This document shows, piece by piece, positions 56,818 to 64,000 of a stretch of 64,000 nt of DNA (position 1 is its first letter; each line of letters opens with the position of its first letter). The DNA is from Candidatus Wolfebacteria bacterium GW2011_GWB1_47_1 (GTDB lineage: Bacteria > Patescibacteriota > Minisyncoccia > UBA6257 > UBA9933): contig CP011209.1 of the NCBI GenBank assembly GCA_001029635.1, positions 551,774-615,773 of the forward strand. Direction: 5' to 3'. A program made the translations under genes and the position numbers. The notes beneath the pieces were generated by a model. The model did not search any database, was not told the origin of the DNA, and worked only from the letters and a program-made list of their open reading frames with translations.

Positions 56818-57639
56818 ATGAAACTGTTTTTACAAAAAAAGAAACCTACAATCGGTCTCGCATTGGGGAGTGGCGGGGCGCATGGGCTTGTTCATATCGG
56901 TATCATCAAGACGCTGCTTGAAAATGATATTCCCATTGATTATATTGCAGGTTCAAGTATCGGGGCGGTCGTTGGTGGTCTCTATGCCGTACACAAAGAC
57001 ATCGATGCCGTTGAGCGTTTCGCATTGACGAGTGATCTCGCTCGTATTTCCCATTTTATCCTCGATCTTTCTGCCAAAGGGGGTATTTTGAGTGGGGATG
57101 CCATAGAGCGTCTTTTACGCCAGGAGCTTGATGGTGCCAGGTTCGAAGACTTACATATTCCGTTTGCCGCTGTTGCGACTGATATTCGTACCGGAAAAGC
57201 CGTTGTTATGCAAAGCGGGGATGTTACAATTGCGCTTCGCGCGAGTATGTCCGTCCCACTTGTTTTTGAGCCGGTCATTCAGGGCTCCCGTACGCTTGTC
57301 GATGGGGGATTGGTCATGCCTGTTCCGGTTGAATTAGTGCGTTCCATGGGTGCGGACATCGTTATTGCCGTTAATCTGGATACGCCGTGTCTGCATGGCG
57401 ATCATACTGATAATCCGAATCTTATGATGATTGCAGATATGACTATGGAGATCCTACGCAACAATCTCGGCGCAACCCAGGCGCAGGCGGCTGACATTGT
57501 TGTTTCTCCTCAATTTGATAAAAAGGTGCTTGTCGGATGGGAAGAATTCCTTCATGCGAAGGATCTGATTGCTCGAGGACAGGATGCCATGGAAGCAGCG
57601 TTGCCACAGGTTCGTACCATGTTATCAAAGATTAAATAA
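56818..57639 (+). CDS. patatin-like phospholipase
   Basis: GSGGAHG oxyanion motif, GSSIG (GxSxG), DGG catalytic Asp. Confidence 0.85.
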   Translation: MKLFLQKKKPTIGLALGSGGAHGLVHIGIIKTLLENDIPIDYIAGSSIGAVVGGLYAVHKDIDAVERFALTSDLARISHFILDLSAKGGILSGDAIERLLRQELDGARFEDLHIPFAAVATDIRTGKAVVMQSGDVTIALRASMSVPLVFEPVIQGSRTLVDGGLVMPVPVELVRSMGADIVIAVNLDTPCLHGDHTDNPNLMMIADMTMEILRNNLGATQAQAADIVVSPQFDKKVLVGWEEFLHAKDLIARGQDAMEAALPQVRTMLSKIK

Positions 57640-57682
57640 CCTGATACAATAGAACCAATTAATAATCATATATAATTTATCT

Positions 57683-58240
57683 ATGTTTACCACCACTAAT
57701 GTTATCCTGTTTCTCGTCGCCCTGCTTGCTATTTGGGTGATCACCATATTTAACGGCCTTATTCGTAGCCGATTTCGTGTACGAGAGGCATGGTCGGATA
57801 TTGAAGTGCAGTTGAAGCGTCGGTATGACCTTATTCCTAACCTTGTTGATACCGTAAAAGGGTATATGACTCATGAAAAGGATGTGTTTGAGAAGGTTAC
57901 CCAGGCGCGTGCGCAGTCGTTGTCCGCGCAAGGACATACCGAGAAGGGAGCCGCCGAAGGGGAATTGACTTCAACGCTAAAGACATTGTTTGCTGTTTCG
58001 GAAAACTATCCTGAGTTGAAGGCCAATACGAATTTCATGGAGTTGCAGCGTGAATTGTCCGATACGGAAAATAAGATTCAAGCTGCGCGTCGATTCTATA
58101 ATGGAAACGTCCTGGACTACAATACTCGAATCCATGTGTTCCCGACTAACCTTATCGCCGGGCTGTTTCATTTTATTAAGGAAGAATTCTTCCAGCTTGA
58201 TAGTGAGGCAGCAAGAGAACCTGTCGCAGTTAAGTTTTAA
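57683..58240 (+). CDS. LemA family membrane protein
   Basis: N-terminal TM + conserved LemA core (VQLKRRYDLIPNLV...ENYPELKANTNF...ARRFYNGNV). Confidence 0.9.
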   Translation: MFTTTNVILFLVALLAIWVITIFNGLIRSRFRVREAWSDIEVQLKRRYDLIPNLVDTVKGYMTHEKDVFEKVTQARAQSLSAQGHTEKGAAEGELTSTLKTLFAVSENYPELKANTNFMELQRELSDTENKIQAARRFYNGNVLDYNTRIHVFPTNLIAGLFHFIKEEFFQLDSEAAREPVAVKF

Positions 58241-58374
58241 TATAAAATATAAAAATATAACATTGTTTTGTTTATGAAAATCTCAAAGAATTTCCAGAAG
58301 GCAGTTGTCATTATTGTCGGTATTATTACCATTGTCGGCATGACGGGTATGTTTTAACGGATAACCCATCATTT

Positions 58375-59049
58375 ATGGAATTATTGCATCTCACTACTTC
58401 CGATGTCGTAAAACTCACCGCGAATTATTTTCCGGTCGATCGTAAAAAATATCCCAACCCAAAAGGTTGGGTTGTTTTCTTGCATATGATGCCCGCGACC
58501 AAGGAATCGTGGAACGTGTTAGCCGATCAGTTGCAGCAGTATGGGTATGCGGGGATTGCGATCGATTTGCGCGGTCACGGGTCTTCGGACGGAGGCCCTC
58601 AAGGATTTATGGAATTTAGCGATGCCGAGCATCAGGATAGTGTTCGCGATATTGATGCGGCCATCGACTTACTTACTGCGATCGGTGCCCGACGTGAGCG
58701 AATTATCCTTATCGGAGCATCGATCGGCGCAAACCTGGCCTTACAATATGTTGTACGCCATCGCGATCTCAAAAAATGCGTGTTGCTTTCTCCCGGGCTT
58801 GATTACCATGGCATCTTGGCGAAGCCGCTTATCGAAGCACTAACCGAAGATAAACAGCTCCTCATCATTGGATCGCATGATGATGATCGCGTCATCGATA
58901 ATGCTGCCGATATTACAACGCTATGGGGTTCTATTCCGCATGGCGTAATCGCACAAAAGGAGTTAGTTGAAACCGGAGGACATGGTAGCACAATACTAAC
59001 CCATCATCCTGAACTCATTGAAACAATCATTACATTTATTACATCATGA
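58375..59049 (+). CDS. alpha/beta hydrolase
   Basis: HGSSDG region, nucleophile elbow GASIGAN, C-terminal His in GGHGS. Confidence 0.75.
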   Translation: MELLHLTTSDVVKLTANYFPVDRKKYPNPKGWVVFLHMMPATKESWNVLADQLQQYGYAGIAIDLRGHGSSDGGPQGFMEFSDAEHQDSVRDIDAAIDLLTAIGARRERIILIGASIGANLALQYVVRHRDLKKCVLLSPGLDYHGILAKPLIEALTEDKQLLIIGSHDDDRVIDNAADITTLWGSIPHGVIAQKELVETGGHGSTILTHHPELIETIITFITS

Positions 59050-59696
59050 CAAAGAAAGATTATTTGCTTGGCGTTGTGGCAGGATTACTTATCGGATTGC
59101 TCGCTATGCCTGCCCTGTCTGCCGGGCTGACCGTATCGCTGTATAATTCCATTCGTATATTCATTATCCCTTTCTTTTTACTGGGTACTCCGTTGGGATT
59201 ATACGTGGCAGCTTTGCTTGGTAAGAAGATCCCTGCCGTATGGCAGATCGGCAAGTTTGGTGTTATTGGTATATTAAACACACTTGTCGATCTTGGTGTC
59301 CTTGCGGCAATCGCTTCCTTTGTCAATTCGCGCTATGGGGTTGAGTCGGATTATATCATTGGAATGATCGGCACGTGGACGGTTACGATCTATACTATGT
59401 ATAAGGCAATCTCCTTTGTGGTTGCGAATATCAATAGCTATCTATGGAACAAGTATTGGACGTTTGCCGTCGGTGTCGCACAGAAGACAAAGGCTGAATA
59501 TCTTCAGTTCTTCATTATTAGTATCGTTGGGTTCGTTATCAATGTTGCCGTATCTTCCGTTGCATTTGTATTTGCCTTGGGCTTAGAAGGTTTGACTTCT
59601 GGGCAAGCGGGATCGATTGGCGCATTAACAGGAACAGTACTAGGCCTCCTATGGAATTTCGTGGGATATAAATTTATCGTATTTAAAAATAAATAA
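59046..59696 (+). CDS. GtrA-like membrane protein with N-terminal extension
   Basis: KFGVIGILNTLVDLGVL ... NSYLWNKYWTF pattern of the GtrA family; 4-nt overlap with the upstream gene. Confidence 0.55.
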   Translation: MTKKDYLLGVVAGLLIGLLAMPALSAGLTVSLYNSIRIFIIPFFLLGTPLGLYVAALLGKKIPAVWQIGKFGVIGILNTLVDLGVLAAIASFVNSRYGVESDYIIGMIGTWTVTIYTMYKAISFVVANINSYLWNKYWTFAVGVAQKTKAEYLQFFIISIVGFVINVAVSSVAFVFALGLEGLTSGQAGSIGALTGTVLGLLWNFVGYKFIVFKNK

Positions 59697-59699
59697 CGA

Positions 59700-59735
59700 A
59701 AAAAATTCATGCGTTGCATGAATTTTTTTATTTTT
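59700..59735 (+). terminator. rho-independent terminator
   Basis: AAAAAAATTCATGCGTTGCATGAATTTTTTT. Confidence 0.75.
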
Positions 59736-60010
59736 TTAAAAAAAATAATTAAAAATAAAATATAAAAATAATTTTTTGAAAAATTTGAGTTATCCACATT
59801 GTAAAAATATTTTTTTTATTACAAAATTAAAGTATAAGAAAAATAAATAAACAAAAGTAAAAAATATTTTTATCTTTTATTTATTTTTTTTATTGCTTGG
59901 TCATCGATTTAAAATATATTTGATTGGTCGACAAATTTATTTTGAATATAAAAACAAATAATATTTTTCATTTATGCATCTCGATGCATTCATGAAATTA
60001 CAACATCACT
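59736..60010. promoter_or_regulatory. ~275-bp extremely AT-rich tract with one perfect DnaA box (TTATCCACA at ~59789) upstream of the KA-repeat micro-protein gene
   Basis: base composition far below window average, A/T homopolymer runs, consensus DnaA box. Confidence 0.5.
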
Positions 60011-60166
60011 ATGGCAGTAAAGAAAGCCGCCAAAAAGGCAGTGAAGAAGGCCGTTAAGAAGGTAGCCAAAAAGGCAGTGAAGAAGGCCGTTAAGAAGGTA
60101 GTGAAGAAGGCCGTTAAGAAGGTAGCTAAAAAGAAAGTTGCCAAGAAAGTTGCAAAGAAGAAATAA
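60011..60166 (+). CDS. 51-aa Lys/Ala-repeat basic protein (histone H1-like / HC-like nucleoid-type protein); absent from the ORF track (<60 aa)
   Basis: translation MAVKKAAKKAVKKAVKKVAKKAVKKAVKKVVKKAVKKVAKKKVAKKVAKKK; 27-nt tandem DNA repeats; strong terminator immediately downstream. Confidence 0.6.
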   Translation: MAVKKAAKKAVKKAVKKVAKKAVKKAVKKVVKKAVKKVAKKKVAKKVAKKK

Positions 60167-60171
60167 ATCTT

Positions 60172-60210
60172 TTTAAAGATCGCCCTGGAGTCTTTCCAGG
60201 GCGGTTTTTT
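60172..60210 (+). terminator. rho-independent terminator
   Basis: CGCCCTGGAGTCTTTCCAGGGCG + GTTTTTTT. Confidence 0.8.
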
Positions 60211-60338
60211 TATGGTAGTATTCTGATATATAGGAAAGGGGAATTAACCATCAAAACCTTCGTATTTTGGGAGTCATGTGGCGATGCTAGTCGGCATGCG
60301 CATGTACTTCGTCCTAATTCGATCGTTTTGTCAATTGC

Positions 60339-60689
60339 ATGCAAATCATTATAAAAACAACGCAGGTCGAGCTTACTGAGGCATTGACTCAGTATGTCGA
60401 GGAGCGTATCGGGGGATTGGAAAAATACATTGGACGTTTTGAGGAGGAGGGTTCTGCTGTCGCGCGTGTCGAGCTTGCGCGCACTACACAGCACCATCGT
60501 CACGGGGATGTCTTTAGTGTTGAAGTCAATTTGCAGATCGCAGGGGAAGTGATTCGCGCATCGCGTGATGGGGAAGAGATGTATGCGACGATCGATGAAG
60601 TGAAGGATATTCTCAAAGCAGAGATCCAAAAATTTAAAGATCTGCATGTCGAAAAGCCCATCTCCGACGCCCAGCGAGGGGAAGTGTAA
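60339..60689 (+). CDS. hpf: ribosome hibernation promoting factor / RaiA (short form)
   Basis: MQIIIKTTQVELTEALTQYVEERIGGLEKY... matches the HPF/YfiA beta-alpha-beta-beta-beta-alpha pattern. Confidence 0.85.
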   Translation: MQIIIKTTQVELTEALTQYVEERIGGLEKYIGRFEEEGSAVARVELARTTQHHRHGDVFSVEVNLQIAGEVIRASRDGEEMYATIDEVKDILKAEIQKFKDLHVEKPISDAQRGEV

Positions 60690-60816
60690 GTAATATAGCT
60701 CGTAGGCGAAATGCGGGGAGCAGTTAATGCTTCCTGTATTCATTTCCGCATAAGAAAGATACGCATGTATAGATTCCTCCGTCAATCGGTGGACGAGAAT
60801 AATAGTAAACGCATTT

Positions 60817-63369
60817 ATGTTCGACTTTTTGAAAACAATTTTTGGAAAATACGACTTCGACCCTATAGTCGCCGAGGTCGCCGAATGGGAGGGAGACGTA
60901 AAACAGCTTTCTGTGGATGCATTGCGGGAGCGTAGTAGTGCATTGCGTACCCGGATCATTGAAGGGGGTGTTACGGTTGATGGAGCGCTTCCTGAAGCGT
61001 TTGCTTTGATTCGTGAGGCTGCCCGTCGCACGCTTACTATGCGTCACTTTGACGTACAATTGATCGGTGGCATGGTGCTTCATCAGGGAAAGATTGCCGA
61101 GATGCGAACCGGAGAAGGGAAGACCCTTATGGCAACCGCCCCGGTTTACCTCAATGCATTGACTGGAAAGGGTGTGCATGTTGTTACTGTGAACGATTAT
61201 TTGGCACGTCGTGATGCCGTGTGGATGGGGCAAATTTATCAGGCATTAGGCATGACCGTTGGTTGCCTTACGCATGATGCCGCTTTCGTATATGATCCAT
61301 CGTTTGTTGCGCCGAAGGAAGATTTGGCAGAAGCGGCAGCGGAGGCCGATGAAACGCGTGACACCTTGGGAAGCTTTAAGGTGGTTCAGGAATTTTTGCG
61401 GCCCATTTCTCGTAAAGAGGCGTATCAGCTTGATATTCTCTATGGTACAAATCATGAATTTGGATTTGATTATTTGCGCGACAACCTGGCTTATCGGGCT
61501 GAAGACCAGGTACAACGCGGACATCATTACGCAATCATCGACGAAGTTGATAGCATTTTGATCGATGAAGCACGGACGCCGCTGATCATTGCCGCACCCG
61601 ACACCGAATCGAGTGAATACTATAAGATTTTTGCGCGTATTGCGACGATGCTTTCCAAGGAAGACTACGAGATTGATGAAAAGGCCCGTAGCGTTTCCAT
61701 TAATGATAGTGGCATCTCTAAGGTTGAAAATGCGCTTAGTATTAAGAATATTTATAATCCGGAAAATTTCCAGCTCGTCCATTATTTGGAGGAGTCATTG
61801 AAGGCGCAGACCTTATTTCATAAGGATAAGCAGTATGTGATCAAGGGAGGTGAAGTTATTATCGTTGATGAGTTTACCGGGCGCATGATGCCAGGACGCC
61901 GTTATTCGGGCGGATTACATCAGGCAATCGAAGCAAAGGAAGGAGTACAGATTCAGCAGGAGTCAAAGACGTATGCGCAGATTACGTTGCAGAATTATTT
62001 CCGTCTCTATGAGCGCATCGGAGGTATGACCGGAACGGCCCAGACATCGGCTGAGGAATTCCATAAAGTATATGATCTTGAGGTCGTGAGCATTCCGACG
62101 AACAAGCCGCCTATGCGCAAGGACATGAGTGATGTTATCTTTAAGACGAAGGTGGAGAAGTATCATGCGGTTGTTGCCGATATTAAGCAGCGGTATGCCG
62201 AAGGACAGCCGGTTCTCGTTGGTACTGCTTCCATTGAGAATAATGAGTTGGTTTCACATTTACTCGCTCAGGCACATGTGCCTCATCAGTTACTTAATGC
62301 AAAGAACCATGAGCGCGAAGGAGAGATTATTGCCCAGGCGGGGCGTTTGAAGGCTGTTACAGTCGCCACCAACATGGCAGGACGTGGCGTTGATATTATC
62401 TTGGGAGGTAATCCGCCAACCGTTGAAGAAGGGGAGCAGGTACGTGCATTGGGAGGTTTGCATGTAATCGGTACCGAGCGGCATGAAGCACGTCGTATTG
62501 ACAACCAGCTTCAGGGGCGCTCAGGGCGTCAAGGCGATCCAGGCTCTTCTCATTTTTATCTTTCATTGGAAGATGATTTGCTTCGCATCTTTGGAGGGGA
62601 TCGGGTAAAAGGATTTATGGAGACGTTGAAATTTCCCGAGGGGGAGCCGATCGAATCCAAGATCATTTCTCGCGTCGTCAACGAGGCACAAAAAAAGGTT
62701 GAAGGATTAAATTTCGATGCGCGCAAGCATTTGCTCGAATACGATGACGTACTCAACAAGCAGCGTTCATTACTGTACAGACAACGTCAGGAGGTGCTTG
62801 GTGGTACTGCAAAGCAGGCTGCTATTGATACGGTTAGCAAGGTCTATGATCTACTTGCGGCACAGGCGATAGAACGCCCTGCATTGGAAGAGATTTTGAC
62901 CAATGCCGAGATTGTCACCACTGACGAGATTAAGGATATTGATAATCTAAAGGAATATTTAAACGCTAAGATTGAGCGCCTGATTGAACCGGCGGGGGAA
63001 ATGGATGTGCGTATGCGGTTACTTTCGATTATTGATCGATTATGGATGGGTCACCTTGAAAATCTTGAGGATCTTCGCGAATCCGTCCGCATGCGCGCCT
63101 ATGCGCAGCATGATCCGTTGGTCGAATATCGACGCGAGAGCTATCACTTGTTTCAAGATCTGATCCGTAATTACGATGATTGGATCTTCTATAACATTTG
63201 GAAGATATTGCCACAGCTTGCAACAACTACGGAGTCTCCGGTAATCGCATTGGATACTTCCGTTGTCGAGGATATGTCGGGCAAGATTGGCCGCAACGAT
63301 CTATGCTATTGCGGATCGGGAAAGAAATTCAAGAAGTGTCATGGTGGGAAGGAGTTACATACTGCATAA
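60817..63369 (+). CDS. secA: preprotein translocase ATPase SecA with C-terminal zinc-binding motif
   Basis: MRTGEGKTLMAT Walker A, DEVDSILIDEARTPLII, C-terminal CYCGSGKKFKKCHG. Confidence 0.97.
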   Translation: MFDFLKTIFGKYDFDPIVAEVAEWEGDVKQLSVDALRERSSALRTRIIEGGVTVDGALPEAFALIREAARRTLTMRHFDVQLIGGMVLHQGKIAEMRTGEGKTLMATAPVYLNALTGKGVHVVTVNDYLARRDAVWMGQIYQALGMTVGCLTHDAAFVYDPSFVAPKEDLAEAAAEADETRDTLGSFKVVQEFLRPISRKEAYQLDILYGTNHEFGFDYLRDNLAYRAEDQVQRGHHYAIIDEVDSILIDEARTPLIIAAPDTESSEYYKIFARIATMLSKEDYEIDEKARSVSINDSGISKVENALSIKNIYNPENFQLVHYLEESLKAQTLFHKDKQYVIKGGEVIIVDEFTGRMMPGRRYSGGLHQAIEAKEGVQIQQESKTYAQITLQNYFRLYERIGGMTGTAQTSAEEFHKVYDLEVVSIPTNKPPMRKDMSDVIFKTKVEKYHAVVADIKQRYAEGQPVLVGTASIENNELVSHLLAQAHVPHQLLNAKNHEREGEIIAQAGRLKAVTVATNMAGRGVDIILGGNPPTVEEGEQVRALGGLHVIGTERHEARRIDNQLQGRSGRQGDPGSSHFYLSLEDDLLRIFGGDRVKGFMETLKFPEGEPIESKIISRVVNEAQKKVEGLNFDARKHLLEYDDVLNKQRSLLYRQRQEVLGGTAKQAAIDTVSKVYDLLAAQAIERPALEEILTNAEIVTTDEIKDIDNLKEYLNAKIERLIEPAGEMDVRMRLLSIIDRLWMGHLENLEDLRESVRMRAYAQHDPLVEYRRESYHLFQDLIRNYDDWIFYNIWKILPQLATTTESPVIALDTSVVEDMSGKIGRNDLCYCGSGKKFKKCHGGKELHTA

Positions 63370-63372
63370 TTT

Positions 63373-63498
63373 AATAATCTTTCAATTTGGCGAATTGCTT
63401 TGTTGCGGGCCCCGATTGTCTCGGTCGTCGTACGCGTAAGTACGACTTCCTCGACAATCTTCCCGCACCTCGCACCTCATCCAAATTGAAAGATTATT
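63373..63498 (+). ncRNA. copy C of the conserved structured intergenic element
   Basis: perfect 18-bp outer stem AATAATCTTTCAATTTGG/CCAAATTGAAAGATTATT; core TTGTTGCGGGCCCCGATTGTCTCGGTCG-[TCGTAC..GTACGA]-CTTCCTCGACAATCTTCCCGCAC. Confidence 0.55.
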
Positions 63499-63514
63499 TT
63501 CATTCGATACTATT

Positions 63515-63964
63515 ATGACAATCAATAAAGATCTTTATTTTGTTGCGGTAAAAGTATTTTTACAGGATCAAGAGGGGAGGTTATTAATTACCAAAGATCG
63601 CTTCGATGCTTGGGATATACCCGGCGGGAGGTTGCGGGAAATGGATTTTGTAACGCCCCTTGAAGCTGTTATTGAGCGAAAGATGCTTGAGGAGCTTGGT
63701 GAATCGGTTCGATATGATCTAGGTGATCCTGTGATTTTTATGCGCCATGAGCGGGATGAATTACTACCTTCCGGAGAGCGGGAAAAGCGAAGGATCTTCG
63801 CTGTTGGGTATCGTGCAACGTATCGTGGCGGGGAGATCGTTTTGGGAGGAAATCATGAGCAATACGAATGGGTATCTCTGGACACATTTGTTCCCGAACG
63901 TTATTTTACCGGAGGCTGGTTGCGGGGAATAAAGGAATTTATTGAGAAGGTTAAAATTAGTTAA
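63515..63964 (+). CDS. Nudix-fold protein with degenerate Nudix box
   Basis: PGGRLREMDFVTPLEAVIERKMLEELGE approximates GX5EX7REUXEEXGU. Confidence 0.45.
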   Translation: MTINKDLYFVAVKVFLQDQEGRLLITKDRFDAWDIPGGRLREMDFVTPLEAVIERKMLEELGESVRYDLGDPVIFMRHERDELLPSGEREKRRIFAVGYRATYRGGEIVLGGNHEQYEWVSLDTFVPERYFTGGWLRGIKEFIEKVKIS

Positions 63965-63967
63965 CAT

Positions 63968-64000
63968 GATGATCGCCGAAAGGCGATCATTATGTTAATG
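63968..64000 (+). terminator. hairpin terminator
   Basis: ATGATCGCCGAAAGGCGATCAT. Confidence 0.55.

Noticed and set aside
59736-60010. AT-rich tract as the chromosomal origin (oriC)
   Set aside because: Only one consensus DnaA box is present, no dnaA/dnaN is adjacent, and genes on the left flank are oriented toward the tract (head-on). Kept as a low-probability alternative within the finding.
60210-61233. Long minus-strand ORFs (273 aa and 169 aa) overlapping hpf and the 5' end of secA
   Set aside because: They run antisense to two well-supported genes (hpf, secA) and have no SD or motif. They are artefacts of the coding strand's codon bias.

Overview
This 64 kb window reads as a chromosomal segment from a compact-genome bacterium. 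The content is mostly housekeeping, mainly on the + strand: a partial archaeal/eukaryal-type aspS, pheS-pheT, infB-rbfA, proS, mreB-mreC, grpE-dnaK-dnaJ, pcm, rsmE, uvrB-uvrA, a short uvrC, hpf and secA. There are four tRNAs (Leu-TAA, Cys-GCA, initiator Met, elongator Met), a HlyD/ATPase/FtsX-permease efflux set, an orphan ABC importer pair, a SulP transporter and a cluster of peptidoglycan remodeling enzymes. Nearly every transcription unit shows a canonical TTGACA-N16/17-TATAAT-like promoter, an AGGAGG-type SD and a GC-rich hairpin plus T-run terminator. Several informational proteins are unusually short (IF2 492 aa, PheT 677 aa, UvrA 835 aa, UvrC 388 aa, ProRS without an editing insert). 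The things most worth a second look are: (1) a three-copy ~125-nt intergenic element after mreB, before dnaJ and after secA, with a conserved core and compensatory base-pair changes in its stems, which makes it a candidate novel structured RNA family; (2) three tandem paralogous secreted repeat proteins (39864-45332) with near-identical 5' regions at nucleotide level, variable numbers of a ~104-aa repeat and a conserved C-terminal TM tail; (3) a small accessory island (52816-55160) between uvrA/MFS and uvrC carrying an IS200-like HUH (Y1) transposase of the REP-associated (RAYT) kind, flanked by inverted REP palindromes with a third copy inside its own ORF, plus three monocistronic small genes that share near-identical promoters and terminators; (4) a ~300-bp extremely AT-rich tract with one perfect DnaA box upstream of an unannotated 51-aa Lys/Ala-repeat histone-like micro-protein; and (5) a 1178-aa protein with no recognizable domains. 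No CRISPR array, rRNA or integrase was seen.
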